DNA of 50,542 nt from positions 1 through 50,542 of the forward strand of contig CAYSOW010000002.1 in assembly GCA_964432715.1 (NCBI GenBank), written 5' to 3'. The DNA comes from an uncultured Bacteroides sp. GTDB taxonomy: Bacteria; Bacteroidota; Bacteroidia; Bacteroidales; Bacteroidaceae. Position numbers and translations under genes: made by a program. Of the stretch, positions 8,462 to 18,747 are shown one piece after another (positions within the stretch are counted from its first letter, which is position 1; each line of letters opens with the position of its first letter). The notes beneath the pieces were generated by a model. The model made no database searches and was not told the DNA's origin. It worked only from the letters and a program-made list of their open reading frames with translations.

Positions 8462-10102
8462 ATGACGATCAACGACATACAGAAATTAATCGCGAACGAC
8501 GAGCATCGCATGCTCGAGCTGAAGAAGAGTACCGGTGAGCTCAAAGACGGTATGCACACTGCATGTGCATTTCTCAACACAGACGGTGGTTGGCTCATCT
8601 TTGGCGTTGCTCCAACCTCCTTAAAAATCACAGGTCAAGACGTTACTGATGCAACTCAAAGAGAAATAGCACAGGCATTGGCTGGTCTTGAGCCTGTAGT
8701 AGACGTAAGAGTTGAGTATATTCCGGTGCATGAGCCTGATGGGCCCAAAGTCATAGCGATTCACTTTGACGCATACGTTTGGGGCAAAACGCCATACACC
8801 TTCCAAGGATGCCCCTACTACAAAGTTGAAAGCACAACGATGCGAATGCCTCGTGATATGTTTTCAGCTCGTCTGATTGCTTGTAACATAAAGCAGCATT
8901 CGTGGGAGCGACAACCGGCTGAAGGTATTACACTTGACGATATAAACCAAGACAGGGTAAAGAATTCCGTCAGAATGGGAGTTGACGCCGGTCGTATCAT
9001 AACCAGCGCATCGTATGACAACGTTTATGACATTCTCGAGAAATGGCATTTGCTGACCAAAGAGGGACAGCCCAATAATGCAGCAGCTCTATTATTTGGA
9101 ACGAACACCCGTGAATATCCACAATTTAAGCTACAAATGGCTCGTTTTGTCGGAAATAACAAGAACGAGTTTTTGGACAGTCTGACTGTTGAGGGTAATT
9201 TCTTTGACCTACTGGATGCAGGCACTTCATTTTTCTTCAAGCATCTGTTCCAGAGTGGTCGAGTTGTCGGCTTTATACGTGAGGAGCATTTGGAGATTCC
9301 CGCTGAGGCTTTGCGTGAGGCATTAACAAACGCACTTTGTCACAGACAATGGGAGAAGGCGAATCAGGCTATATGCATTGCCATCTTTGACGATAGACTA
9401 GAGATTTCTAATCCTGGATGTTTGCCACAAGAGTTACCATTGGAGCAATTAAAACAGCCTCATAGTTCATATCCCTACAATCCGATTATAGCAGAGGTAT
9501 TGTTCCAAATCAAGATGCTTGAGAAGTGGGGTACCGGTGTTAACCGCATCATTGAAGCATGCCACGTGAATAATGTCCCGGAACCCGAATGGACGAACGA
9601 GCATGGATTAGTTACCGTTACATTCAAACGAATCAAAGGTTTTAGGGCACGACAAAGTAACAATGTAAACGACAATGTAAGTAACGATGTAAGCGAAAAA
9701 AGTAACGAAGTAAGTAAGAAAAGTAACGAAGTAAGTAAGAAAAGTAACGAAGTAAGTAAGAAAAGTAACGATGTAAATGAGAAAAGTAACGATGTAAACG
9801 ACAATGTAAGTAACGAAGTAAGTGAGAAAAGTAACGAAGTAAATAACAAAGGCAAAAAAACAGGTATCAGAGTAGCACTATCTAATGATAGACAAAAAGC
9901 CATTATTGATTTCTGTATGATTCCAAGAAGCAGACGCGAAATATTGGAACATATTGGACTTACTTTGCAAACCAAGCACTTCACACACTATATAAAGCCC
10001 TTAATAGATAGCGGTCAATTACAACTGACACAGCCAGACACGCCTAAAAGTCCAACTCAAAAATATGTTGTAAAATCTGACAAGAAACAGAAGATTCACT
10101 AA
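8462..10102 (+). CDS. Schlafen/AlbA_2 + HATPase_c_4 + winged-helix protein
   Basis: DEHRMLELKKS, CAFLNTDGGWLIFGV; ALREALTNALCHR, DDRLEISNPG, EKWGTG; C-terminal PKSPTQKY. Confidence 0.85.
   Translation: MTINDIQKLIANDEHRMLELKKSTGELKDGMHTACAFLNTDGGWLIFGVAPTSLKITGQDVTDATQREIAQALAGLEPVVDVRVEYIPVHEPDGPKVIAIHFDAYVWGKTPYTFQGCPYYKVESTTMRMPRDMFSARLIACNIKQHSWERQPAEGITLDDINQDRVKNSVRMGVDAGRIITSASYDNVYDILEKWHLLTKEGQPNNAAALLFGTNTREYPQFKLQMARFVGNNKNEFLDSLTVEGNFFDLLDAGTSFFFKHLFQSGRVVGFIREEHLEIPAEALREALTNALCHRQWEKANQAICIAIFDDRLEISNPGCLPQELPLEQLKQPHSSYPYNPIIAEVLFQIKMLEKWGTGVNRIIEACHVNNVPEPEWTNEHGLVTVTFKRIKGFRARQSNNVNDNVSNDVSEKSNEVSKKSNEVSKKSNEVSKKSNDVNEKSNDVNDNVSNEVSEKSNEVNNKGKKTGIRVALSNDRQKAIIDFCMIPRSRREILEHIGLTLQTKHFTHYIKPLIDSGQLQLTQPDTPKSPTQKYVVKSDKKQKIH
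9654..9847 (+). repeat. In-frame tandem repeat (21-nt SNEVSKK units mixed with 12-nt units)
   Basis: AGTAACGAAGTAAGTAAGAAA three times exactly at 9701-9763, plus degenerate copies. Confidence 0.95.
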
Positions 10103-10160
10103 AATAAATATTCTACCGACACCAAGTTCTACAAAGACACGGTGCCGGTAGTTTATTTTT
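10101..10160 (+). terminator. Intrinsic terminator-like hairpin
   Basis: CTACCGACACC...GGTGCCGGTAG followed by TTTATTTTT. Confidence 0.6.
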
Positions 10161-10246
10161 AAACCGTTTACTTTCTCTTTTCACCGACTTTCGCTATTTT
10201 TGTAGCTGAACTCCAAAAGGAGTAATAATCCATTAATACAAACACC

Positions 10247-11083
10247 ATGAGACTGAAGAAAATTAAAATGTATAGTATAATGATTGCCATGACGCTGGGC
10301 CTCGGTCTGACGGCATGCAACACACAAAAACCTATGGACAAAGAAACAATTATCTGCTTTGAGACAAGCAAGGGCGAAGTCAAGGTGAAACTCTATAACG
10401 AGACACCGAAACACCGTGACAATATGATTAAACTGGTGAAAGAGGGATTCTATGACGGAACGCTGTTCCACCGCGTGATTAACCGCTTTATGATTCAGGG
10501 CGGCGACCCCGAATCGAAGACGGCGAAACCCGACCAGATGCTGGGCGAAGGCGACACGGGATACACCATTCCGGCGGAGTTCGCTTATCCGAAGTACTTC
10601 CATAAGAAGGGCGCACTGGCGGCTGCACGCGAGCCGGATGAGGTGAACCCGGAGATGGCTTCCTCGGGCTGCCAGTTCTATATCGTGACAGGCAAGAAGT
10701 TCACCAGAGAGGCACTGAAGGATATGGAGGATTACCTCAACGACCAGCGAATCAGAGAGGTGTACGACTCCATCGCACGTCCCTACATGAAGGAGATGTA
10801 CCTGCTGCGCAAATCGAACCAGACCGACTCGCTGGCGTCACTGCAGGACAAGCTGATGACGGAAGCGGAGGCGAAAGCTGAACACTTTGCCTTTACCGCT
10901 GAGCAGAAAGAAGCCTATTCCACTGTGGGCGGTGCGCCTCATTTGGACGGCACCTACACGGTGTTTGGAGAAGTGATCGAAGGTATGGAGGTGGTGGAGG
11001 CCATTCAGAAGGTGAAGACCAACCGCGCCGACCGTCCCTTGGAGGATGTGGTGATTAAGAAAGCAACTGTAGTTAAGGACTAA
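10247..11083 (+). CDS. Cyclophilin-type peptidyl-prolyl isomerase, lipoprotein
   Basis: FHRVINRFMIQGGDP, SSGCQFYIV, HLDGTYTVFGEV; lipobox LTAC. Confidence 0.95.
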   Translation: MRLKKIKMYSIMIAMTLGLGLTACNTQKPMDKETIICFETSKGEVKVKLYNETPKHRDNMIKLVKEGFYDGTLFHRVINRFMIQGGDPESKTAKPDQMLGEGDTGYTIPAEFAYPKYFHKKGALAAAREPDEVNPEMASSGCQFYIVTGKKFTREALKDMEDYLNDQRIREVYDSIARPYMKEMYLLRKSNQTDSLASLQDKLMTEAEAKAEHFAFTAEQKEAYSTVGGAPHLDGTYTVFGEVIEGMEVVEAIQKVKTNRADRPLEDVVIKKATVVKD

Positions 11084-11089
11084 CCAACC

Positions 11090-12349
11090 GTGATAAAAGT
11101 AAACAAGCACACGCTCGACAACGGACTACGACTGGTGCACCAGGAGGACCGGACCACGCAGATGGTGGCCCTCACGGTGCTCTATGACGTGGGCTCGCGC
11201 GACGAAAATGAGAACCATACGGGGTTTGCCCACCTCTTTGAGCATTTGATGTTCGGAGGCTCGGTACATATCCCCGACTACGACGCTCCGGTGCAGAATG
11301 CCGGGGGCGACAACAATGCCTGGACCAACAACGACCTGACCAACTACTACCTGACGTTGCCGAAAGAGAACGTGGAGGTGGGGTTCTGGCTGGAGTCCGA
11401 CCGCATGCTGGGCCTCGACTTCAATGAGAAGAGTCTGGAGGTGCAGCGACAGGTGGTCATCGAGGAGTTTAAACAGCGCCACCTGAACCAACCTTACGGC
11501 GACTCGTACCATTTGCTCTACAAGATGGCGTTCGAGAAGCATCCGTACCAATGGCCCACCATCGGCAAGTGTACGGAGCACATTGCGCAAGCCACCATGG
11601 AGGAGGTGAAGGCCTTCTTCTACAGTCACTATGCCCCCAACAACGCGGTGCTGGCGGTGACGGGTAACATTCCCTTTGAGGAGGCGGTGCGACTGGCGGA
11701 GAAGTGGTTTGGACCGATTCCCCGCAGGGAGATTGCGCCGCGCTGCTTACCCGTAGAGCCGAAACAGACGGTACACAAGGAGCAGACGGTGCATCGCGAT
11801 GTACCGGTGGATGCGCTCTACATGGGATTCCACATGTGTGGTCATCAGGACGAAGATTACAAGGTGTTCGATATGCTGTCGGACGTGCTGTCGAACGGCA
11901 AGTCGACACGTCTGGAACAGATTCTGGTGCAGGAGCTGCGCCTCTGTACGGGCATTGATGCCTTCATCACAGGCACCGTAGATCCGGGCCTTTTCCTGAT
12001 TTCTGCCAAGCCGGCCACAGGCGTCACGACGCAACAGGTGGAGCAGGCTGTGTGGGAGCAGCTGGAGCGATTGAAGCAGGAGCCGGTGGGTACTCAGGAG
12101 ATGGAGAAGGTGAAGAACCGCTACGAGAGTGAGCAGATTTTCAACAGTCTGAACTATCTGAACGTGGCGAACAACCTGGCCTACTTCGAACTGCTGGGCG
12201 ATGCGAACGACTTCAACCGCGAGGTGGAGAAGTATCGTGCAGTGACGCCGGAACGACTGATGGAAGTGGCCCGGCGCGCCTTTGTGCCCGAGAACTGCTC
12301 GGTGCTCCACTATCTGCGCAACGAGGAGTCTAACCCTACCCAACCCTAA
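11090..12349 (+). CDS. M16 (pitrilysin) family zinc peptidase
   Basis: HLFEH inverted zinc motif, NAWT. Confidence 0.95.
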   Translation: MIKVNKHTLDNGLRLVHQEDRTTQMVALTVLYDVGSRDENENHTGFAHLFEHLMFGGSVHIPDYDAPVQNAGGDNNAWTNNDLTNYYLTLPKENVEVGFWLESDRMLGLDFNEKSLEVQRQVVIEEFKQRHLNQPYGDSYHLLYKMAFEKHPYQWPTIGKCTEHIAQATMEEVKAFFYSHYAPNNAVLAVTGNIPFEEAVRLAEKWFGPIPRREIAPRCLPVEPKQTVHKEQTVHRDVPVDALYMGFHMCGHQDEDYKVFDMLSDVLSNGKSTRLEQILVQELRLCTGIDAFITGTVDPGLFLISAKPATGVTTQQVEQAVWEQLERLKQEPVGTQEMEKVKNRYESEQIFNSLNYLNVANNLAYFELLGDANDFNREVEKYRAVTPERLMEVARRAFVPENCSVLHYLRNEESNPTQP

Positions 12350-12351
12350 CC

Positions 12352-13485
12352 ATGGCGGGCCTCTATCTCCATATCCCTTTCTGCAAGCGCCGCTGCCTCT
12401 ACTGCGACTTCTACTCGACGACGATGGAGGAGCGGAAGGAGGAGTATGTGCGGGCGCTTTGCCGGGAGCTGGAGCTGCGGAAGGAGTATCTGCAGGGAGA
12501 ACCGCTGGAGACGCTCTACTTGGGGGGCGGCACACCTTCGCAACTGAATCAACAAGCGCTGGAGCAAATCTTTGAGACGGTGGAGCGAGTCTACGGCTTG
12601 TCGCAATGCAGCGAGATTACGCTGGAGGCGAACCCGGACGATCTGAGCGAGGCGTATGTGCGGATGCTGCGCACCTTGCCGGTCAACCGACTGAGCATGG
12701 GGGTGCAGACATTCAACGAGGAGAAGCTGCGGTTTCTGCATCGGCGACATACGGCGGCGCAGGCGATTGAGGCGGTGCGTCGATGCCAGGAGGCGGGACT
12801 GACCAACCTGAGTGTCGACTTGATTTACGGTCTTCCCGGCGAACAGCCGAGCGACTGGGAAGCGGATTTGCAACAGGCGGTGGCGCTGCAAGTGCCCCAC
12901 CTCTCGGCTTATCATCTGATTTATGAAGAGGGTACGGAGCTCTATCGTCTGCTGGAAGCGCATCGCGTGGAGGAGGTGGACGAGGAGCTGAGTGTTCGCT
13001 TCTTCCGCATGCTGATTGAGCAGTTGCGGGCGGCGGGCTATGAGCATTATGAGATTTCCAACTTCGCCCTACCCGACCACTACGCACGCCACAACACGGC
13101 GTATTGGACCGGCCGTCGCTACTTGGGTGCCGGACCGTCGGCGCACTCGTACAACGGGGTGACGCGACAGTGGAATGTGGCTTCTCTCACGGATTATATC
13201 GAGGCTTTACTGAAGGAGGAACGTGTGCCGTTCGAACTGGAGGAGCTGGACCGCACCACGCGCTACAACGAGCGGGTGATTACTTCGCTGCGCACCATGT
13301 GGGGACTCAACCTGACACAACTGGAACAAGAGTTCGGTCGGGAGCTGGTGGACTACTGTCTGCGAAACGCACAACCACACCTGCAAGAGGGTCGGCTGAA
13401 AAAAGAGAAAGATACCCTCAAGCTGACTGCTGAAGGTATCTTCCTTTCTGATGGTATTATGAGTGACCTTTTATCAATCGATTAA
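12352..13485 (+). CDS. hemW: Radical SAM heme chaperone HemW
   Basis: YLHIPFCKRRCLYCDF, GGGTPS, YEISNF, HNTAYW. Confidence 0.93.
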   Translation: MAGLYLHIPFCKRRCLYCDFYSTTMEERKEEYVRALCRELELRKEYLQGEPLETLYLGGGTPSQLNQQALEQIFETVERVYGLSQCSEITLEANPDDLSEAYVRMLRTLPVNRLSMGVQTFNEEKLRFLHRRHTAAQAIEAVRRCQEAGLTNLSVDLIYGLPGEQPSDWEADLQQAVALQVPHLSAYHLIYEEGTELYRLLEAHRVEEVDEELSVRFFRMLIEQLRAAGYEHYEISNFALPDHYARHNTAYWTGRRYLGAGPSAHSYNGVTRQWNVASLTDYIEALLKEERVPFELEELDRTTRYNERVITSLRTMWGLNLTQLEQEFGRELVDYCLRNAQPHLQEGRLKKEKDTLKLTAEGIFLSDGIMSDLLSID

Positions 13486-13505
13486 ATCAATCGGTCAAGA
13501 TTAAG

Positions 13506-13544
13506 AAAAATGGGGGAAGCACCGGTCAAAGTGCTTCTCCTTTT
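13506..13544. terminator. Bidirectional terminator between hemW and glmM
   Basis: GGGGAAGCAC...GTGCTTCTCC with flanking A and T tracts. Confidence 0.7.
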
Positions 13545-13587
13545 GTGTGTTTATGATAAGTGTTGTTTTTTCTTTACTAGTCGCACC

Positions 13588-14973
13588 TTAGATGAGCGAG
13601 TAGACCACGTCCATCACCTTCTTGCCAATCTCATCGGCCTCCTCCATGGAGTGCGCCTCTGAATAGACACGAATAATCGGCTCCGTATTACTCTTGCGCA
13701 AGTGTACCCACTTGTCGGGGAAGTCAATCTTCACACCGTCGATGTCATTGATCTCCTCGTTGCGATAGAGCTCCTTCACCTTGGCCAAGATCGCATCCAC
13801 GTCAGTGGTCGGCGTCAAGTCGATGCGGTTCTTCGCGATGAAATAAGGAGGATAAGTGGCACGCAGCTCGCTCACCTTCTTACCCTCGTGAGCCAAGTGA
13901 CTCAAGAAGAGTGCGATACCCACCAAAGCGTCGCGACCGTAGTGGCACTCGGGATAGATGACTCCACCGTTACCCTCACCGCCAATCACAGCGCCTACCT
14001 CTTTCATCTTCGTCACCACGTTCACCTCGCCCACAGCAGCGGCAGCATATTCGCCACCCAACGCACGCGTTACATCGCGCAGGGCACGGGTAGAACTGAG
14101 GTTGGAAACCGTGTTACCCGGCGTGTGACGCAGCACATAGTCGGCCACCGTCACCAAAGTGTACTCCTCGCCGTACATCTCGCCCGTCTCACAAATCATT
14201 GCCAGACGATCGACATCCGGATCCACCACGAAAGCCACGTCGTGACCACCCTGACGCATCAAACCCATGATATCACCCAGGTTCTTCTCCAACGGCTCGG
14301 GGTTGTGCTGGAACATACCGGTCGGCTCACAGTAGAGCTTCGTCACCTGCTCCACGCCCAATGCCTCCAACAGCTGCGGAAGGATGATTCCACCCACCGA
14401 GTTGACCGCATCAATAGCCACGCGGAAATGCGCTTTGCGAATGGCCTCCACATCCACCAAGGGAAGAGCCAGCACGCGCTCAATATGTTTCTGATTATAT
14501 GTATTGTTCTCGATATATTTGCCCAAAGCATCCACCTCGGCAAAGCTGTAAGCATCAGCCTCCGCCAGGCGAAGCACCTCGTTGCCCTCGGCTGCATTCA
14601 GGAACTCGCCCTGCTCATTGAGCAACTTCAAGGCGTTCCACTGCTTCGGGTTGTGACTGGCAGTGAGGATGATACCTCCGCAAGCACCCTCCATCGTCAC
14701 GGCCAATTCCGTGGTCGGAGTAGAAGCCAAGCCGATGTTCACCACATCGAAGCCCATGCCCATCAGGGTGCCACATACCAGATTCTTCACCATCTCACCG
14801 GAGATGCGAGCGTCGCGTCCCACCACGATGCGGTTGGACGTGTTCTTAGTGGTGCGACGAATCAAAGTTGCATACGCCGCCGTAAACTTCACGATGTCCA
14901 ACGGAGTCAGACCATCGCCCGGTGCGCCACCGATGGTGCCGCGGATACCGGATATAGATTTGATTAATGTCAT
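13588..14973 (-). CDS. glmM: Phosphoglucosamine mutase / phosphohexomutase
   Basis: MTLIKSISGIRG start, TASHNP, DPDVDR, GGEGNGG. Confidence 0.9.
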   Translation of the reverse strand: MTLIKSISGIRGTIGGAPGDGLTPLDIVKFTAAYATLIRRTTKNTSNRIVVGRDARISGEMVKNLVCGTLMGMGFDVVNIGLASTPTTELAVTMEGACGGIILTASHNPKQWNALKLLNEQGEFLNAAEGNEVLRLAEADAYSFAEVDALGKYIENNTYNQKHIERVLALPLVDVEAIRKAHFRVAIDAVNSVGGIILPQLLEALGVEQVTKLYCEPTGMFQHNPEPLEKNLGDIMGLMRQGGHDVAFVVDPDVDRLAMICETGEMYGEEYTLVTVADYVLRHTPGNTVSNLSSTRALRDVTRALGGEYAAAAVGEVNVVTKMKEVGAVIGGEGNGGVIYPECHYGRDALVGIALFLSHLAHEGKKVSELRATYPPYFIAKNRIDLTPTTDVDAILAKVKELYRNEEINDIDGVKIDFPDKWVHLRKSNTEPIIRVYSEAHSMEEADEIGKKVMDVVYSLI

Positions 14974-15590
14974 CTGCCTACTTGATATGAAATTTCGTAA
15001 TACATCGGATATACAGAAGAAGAAGCATCTGAGTGGCCTGCTGCATGCGGCACAATCAACTTCACCTTGGCCAACTGCGACTGGTCGCGACCGAGGTTGA
15101 TGAAGTTCAACGGTACCAACCAACCCTCCGGAACGGAAGTGCCGTAGTTGCTGTACATGGTGCCCGAAGTGAAAGTGGCATAGTAAGTGCCGCTCACATT
15201 CTTGCAAGACATCACGTCAGGATAACGCTCCAACTTGTTGGATACAGAACTCGTGTCGCCGCTCTCTACGTAAATCTCCCAGAAACGGACGAGAATCTCT
15301 TTCCACTCATCCTCCTGCAACTTTTCGCCGCTACCGCCTTTGTTCTCAATCTGCATATAGACACCATTATCGTTGAACAAGACATACTCGTTCTTCGACA
15401 CATTCGTGGTGGAGTCTTGTGCATAGAACTCCGATTCGGTAATCACCTTGATACCTCTCTCCTTGATGAAAGCTTGAATATTCTTGCGCTCCTTCTTTTT
15501 CAAGTCGGCATACGTTTCAGAATCGTCACATGCTTGGAATCCGATACCCAACACCAACAAAGGGAGTACCCATTTAATTAATTTCTTCAT
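14970..15590 (-). CDS. DUF4827-type lipoprotein
   Basis: Lipobox FQAC, ETYADLKKKE, GWLVPL; ATGA overlap with glmM. Confidence 0.75.
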   Translation of the reverse strand: MKKLIKWVLPLLVLGIGFQACDDSETYADLKKKERKNIQAFIKERGIKVITESEFYAQDSTTNVSKNEYVLFNDNGVYMQIENKGGSGEKLQEDEWKEILVRFWEIYVESGDTSSVSNKLERYPDVMSCKNVSGTYYATFTSGTMYSNYGTSVPEGWLVPLNFINLGRDQSQLAKVKLIVPHAAGHSDASSSVYPMYYEISYQVGR

Positions 15591-15674
15591 ATTATGTACA
15601 TAAAAACGGCGCAAATGTACGAAACGACACGACACGCGCCAAGGAATTCCTTCCCATTTTTGGTTAATCAACTA

Positions 15675-16715
15675 CTATTTTTTGTTAAGCAACTGATCCT
15701 CAAAGCGTACCAAGGCCTGTTTGAAGCGTTCTTTCGCCTCTTCCATGGTGCCATAGAACTCGCCTCCGGAGGCGTTCAAGTGGCCGCCGCCGTTGAAGAA
15801 TTCCGCTGCCACCTGATTGCAGGGGAAGTTGCCCACCGAGCGAAGAGAAATCTTAATCATGCCCTTCTCCTTATCTTCGCGCAGGAAGGCAGAGAAGATG
15901 ACATCTTTGATTTGCAGCGGCAGGTTGACGAAGCCCTCGGTATCGCCCTTCATCGCCTTGAATTGCTCCAGATCTTTTGCATCCAACGTGATGAGCGAAG
16001 AGCGGAAGGCGGGAATGACAATCATCTTCTCAGCCAGCACGTAGCCCATCAGTCGCAAGCGGTTGGCCGAATAGGTGTGGAACACCTTGCGATAGATCTC
16101 ATCCTTGTCGATGCCCTTGGAGAGCAGCTGCGCAATGATGAAGTAAATTTCCGCATTGTTCGAGTTGTAAGTAAAGCCACCCGTATCAGTCATCATACCG
16201 GCATAAATACACTCGGCACCCTCTTTGGTAATCTCCTCAAAGGCACCCATGCGGCAAATCAGGCGGAAGACCAACTCAGACGTAGAGCTAATCTCGGGAT
16301 GCGAGATCACAATCTGACAGAAATCATCCGGGTACGGGTGGTGATCAATCATCACCTTACGCGCCTTCGAAGCCGCCAAAGCCTCCTGCATCGTGTCCAC
16401 ACGCTTCAGGCAGTTGAAGTCGAGACAGCAGATGATGTCTGCCTCCGCAATCAGCTGGTCGGCATACTCTTTATATTTATCGTAACGCAGGATATCCTTC
16501 GCCCCACTCATCCATTGCAAGAACTCGGGGAAAGCGTTCGGCATAATCACATTGACATTCTTCTCCTGGCTCTGCAGAAAATGGGCCAAGCCCAACGACG
16601 AGCCAATGGCATCTCCATCGGGAGATACGTGTGCCACGATGACAATGTTCTCTGCGCGTTCCAGCCACTTTTCAAAGTGGTCGATATGGGATTGATGTAT
16701 AATTTTCGATAACAT
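15675..16715 (-). CDS. nrnA: DHH-family oligoribonuclease/PAP phosphatase
   Basis: HVSPDGDAIGS, IDHH, TDTGGF, GGGHLNASG. Confidence 0.92.
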   Translation of the reverse strand: MLSKIIHQSHIDHFEKWLERAENIVIVAHVSPDGDAIGSSLGLAHFLQSQEKNVNVIMPNAFPEFLQWMSGAKDILRYDKYKEYADQLIAEADIICCLDFNCLKRVDTMQEALAASKARKVMIDHHPYPDDFCQIVISHPEISSTSELVFRLICRMGAFEEITKEGAECIYAGMMTDTGGFTYNSNNAEIYFIIAQLLSKGIDKDEIYRKVFHTYSANRLRLMGYVLAEKMIVIPAFRSSLITLDAKDLEQFKAMKGDTEGFVNLPLQIKDVIFSAFLREDKEKGMIKISLRSVGNFPCNQVAAEFFNGGGHLNASGGEFYGTMEEAKERFKQALVRFEDQLLNKK

Positions 16716-16738
16716 ACTTAAAATCTTTCGTTAAGGTG

Positions 16739-16746
16739 CAAAGATA
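16739..16746 (-). promoter_or_regulatory. -7 promoter element of nrnA operon
   Basis: TATCTTTG on minus strand. Confidence 0.6.
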
Positions 16747-16829
16747 CGAAAAAAGCGCCTCATTTCCACACGATTTGCAGCAAAAGTAAGGGAAAAGTAA
16801 AAGCGAAAGCAGCGCAGGAGTAAGGGCAG

Positions 16830-16864
16830 AAAAAAAGGTGACTCCCGCACAAGGAATCACCTTT
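16830..16864 (-). terminator. Terminator of rpsF-rpsR-rplI
   Basis: AAAGGTGA...TCACCTTT with U tract on minus strand. Confidence 0.7.
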
Positions 16865-16894
16865 ACTTTTATTATTCAGGTAGTAAGATAAATC

Positions 16895-17356
16895 TTAAGC
16901 TTCAGCAGCAGCCTCTTCAGCAACTACAGTGAAAGGAATCTCAACAGATACCTCTTTGTGAAGTTTAACGACAGCTTTGTAAGAACCAACTTCTTTCACA
17001 GCCTCTTTCACAACGATGAGTTTTCTGTCTACTTTGTGACCCAATTTCTCCAACTCCTCAGCAATCTGGATGCTACCTACAGAACCGAAGATAGTACCGG
17101 TTGCGCTCACCTTTGTAGCGATAGTCAAAGAAACACCAGCCAATTTAGCAGCGAATTCCTCAGCATCTTTTTTGATTTTCTCCAATTTGTGAGCACGTTG
17201 CTTCAAGTCCTCAGCCAACATTTTCTTAGCAGAAGGAGTAGCAATGACTGCCTTACCGGTAGGAATAAGATAGTTACGTCCGTAACCTGATTTCACAGTT
17301 ACAATATCATTTTTGTAACCCAAGTTCGCGATGTCTTCTTTCAAAATAATTTCCAT
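16895..17356 (-). CDS. rplI: 50S ribosomal protein L9
   Basis: VKSGYGRNYLIP. Confidence 0.98.
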   Translation of the reverse strand: MEIILKEDIANLGYKNDIVTVKSGYGRNYLIPTGKAVIATPSAKKMLAEDLKQRAHKLEKIKKDAEEFAAKLAGVSLTIATKVSATGTIFGSVGSIQIAEELEKLGHKVDRKLIVVKEAVKEVGSYKAVVKLHKEVSVEIPFTVVAEEAAAEA

Positions 17357-17375
17357 ACAAATTCCTCCTTCTTTA

Positions 17376-17645
17376 TTATTTCATCATATCAGTTACGAAT
17401 GGAAGCAAAGCCAAGTGACGAGCTCTCTTCACTGCTTGAGCAACTTTACGTTGGAACTTCAAAGAAGTACCTGTAATGCGGCGGGGCAAAATTTTACCTT
17501 GCTCATTCAAGAATTTCTTCAAGAATTCAGGATCTTTGTAGTCAATATACTTAATACCGCTCTTTTTGAAACGACAGTATTTTTTCTTTTTAACATCTAC
17601 TGAAGGTGGAGTTAAATATCTGATTTCTGATTGTTGTTGTGCCAT
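17376..17645 (-). CDS. rpsR: 30S ribosomal protein S18
   Basis: [25 protein letters not shown]. Confidence 0.98.
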   Translation of the reverse strand: MAQQQSEIRYLTPPSVDVKKKKYCRFKKSGIKYIDYKDPEFLKKFLNEQGKILPRRITGTSLKFQRKVAQAVKRARHLALLPFVTDMMK

Positions 17646-17647
17646 GA

Positions 17648-17992
17648 TTAATCCTCCTTTTTAGCTGATTTAACATTTCTTCTTTTCGCAGCGTATTCAG
17701 CATGGAATTTATCCTGCTTGAAAGTCAAGAAGCGGATTACGCGCTCATCACGACGGAAGTTCACTTCGAGGGTTTCAATCACTGACGGCTCTGCTTTAAA
17801 CTCGATCAACTGATAGAAGCCAGTTGATTTCTTCTGAATGGGGTAAGCCAATTTCTTCAAGCCCCAGTTCTCTTCATTGATAATCTCAGCACCTGCAGCG
17901 GTGAGAATACCTTTGAATTTGTCTACCGCTTCCTTCATCTGAACATCAGACAAAACGGGAGTTAAAATGAAAACGGTTTCGTATTGATTCAT
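17648..17992 (-). CDS. rpsF: 30S ribosomal protein S6
   Basis: [17 protein letters not shown]. Confidence 0.98.
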   Translation of the reverse strand: MNQYETVFILTPVLSDVQMKEAVDKFKGILTAAGAEIINEENWGLKKLAYPIQKKSTGFYQLIEFKAEPSVIETLEVNFRRDERVIRFLTFKQDKFHAEYAAKRRNVKSAKKED

Positions 17993-18036
17993 ACTTTACG
18001 TTAATTAATTGATTAATACTTTTTGAAAATCGCCTG

Positions 18037-18144
18037 CAAAGTTAAGCATTTTTCCCTTATGCACAAACATTTGCGCCGTTTTTATTTTTTTATTTCTTTT
18101 CCGGACCCATTCTTCGCTCTTTTCAAAGGAGTTTCTTACCTTTG
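18037..18144. promoter_or_regulatory. Divergent promoters for rpsF and marR
   Basis: TAACTTTG (minus, 18037-18044) and TACCTTTG (plus, 18137-18144). Confidence 0.6.
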
Positions 18145-18164
18145 TAACGATTATATAATACGAA

Positions 18165-18620
18165 ATGAATACGATGATTAGAACTTTCAACTTCGACATG
18201 CCGTTGCTCTTTGCCATTCTGAACGGTAAGGTGTGGTCGGCCATCAGTCGGAAGTTGTACCATAATTTCAAAGCAAACGGGCTGGACATCACGCCCGATC
18301 AGTGGACGGTCTTTCTGTTTCTCTGGGAGAAGGACGGGGTGACGCAGCAGGAGCTCTGCAACGCCACTTCGAAGGACAAGCCCAGCATGACGCGACTGAT
18401 TAACAGCATGGAGCGACAGAGCTACGTGATTCGTGTCACGGGCAAGCAGGACCGCCGTGAAAATCACATCCACCTGACACAGGCGGGACGTGATTTGGAG
18501 GAAAAAGCGCGCCTGATAGCCAACCGCACCCTGAAGGAAGCGTTGCGCGGACTCTCGATTGATGAGATCAGAATCAGTCAGAACGCCCTCAAAAAAGTGT
18601 TCAATAACACCAAAGATTAA
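18165..18620 (+). CDS. MarR-family transcriptional regulator
   Basis: ITPDQW, TQQEL, DRR...LTQAG winged helix. Confidence 0.92.
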   Translation: MNTMIRTFNFDMPLLFAILNGKVWSAISRKLYHNFKANGLDITPDQWTVFLFLWEKDGVTQQELCNATSKDKPSMTRLINSMERQSYVIRVTGKQDRRENHIHLTQAGRDLEEKARLIANRTLKEALRGLSIDEIRISQNALKKVFNNTKD

Positions 18621-18747
18621 GGAAAATTTGTCCCATTCGGCATAAATTTAAAGAAGAAAGCAACTTTTTCCCGAAATAATTTTCGGCTTTAAAGAATTAT
18701 GCTTTAATTTGTCGCTAGAAAAAAAGTAACTATAAAAATACACGCAC

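Larger units (their letters stand above)
1..10160. mobile_element. AT-rich accessory/defence island (left end outside window; no integrase seen)
   Basis: Visibly lower GC than the region after ~10.3 kb; co-oriented non-housekeeping genes; ends at a terminator before the core cyclophilin gene. Confidence 0.65.

Noticed and set aside
9654-9847. Possible CRISPR array
   Set aside because: No unique spacers; the repeats are in-frame within a CDS; no cas genes
14974-15207. N-terminal extension of glmM in the ORF track
   Set aside because: Overlaps the upstream lipoprotein gene; the ATG at 14973 forms an ATGA coupling
17376-17645. S18 lacking the full zinc-binding Cys set
   Set aside because: Typical for Bacteroidetes S18
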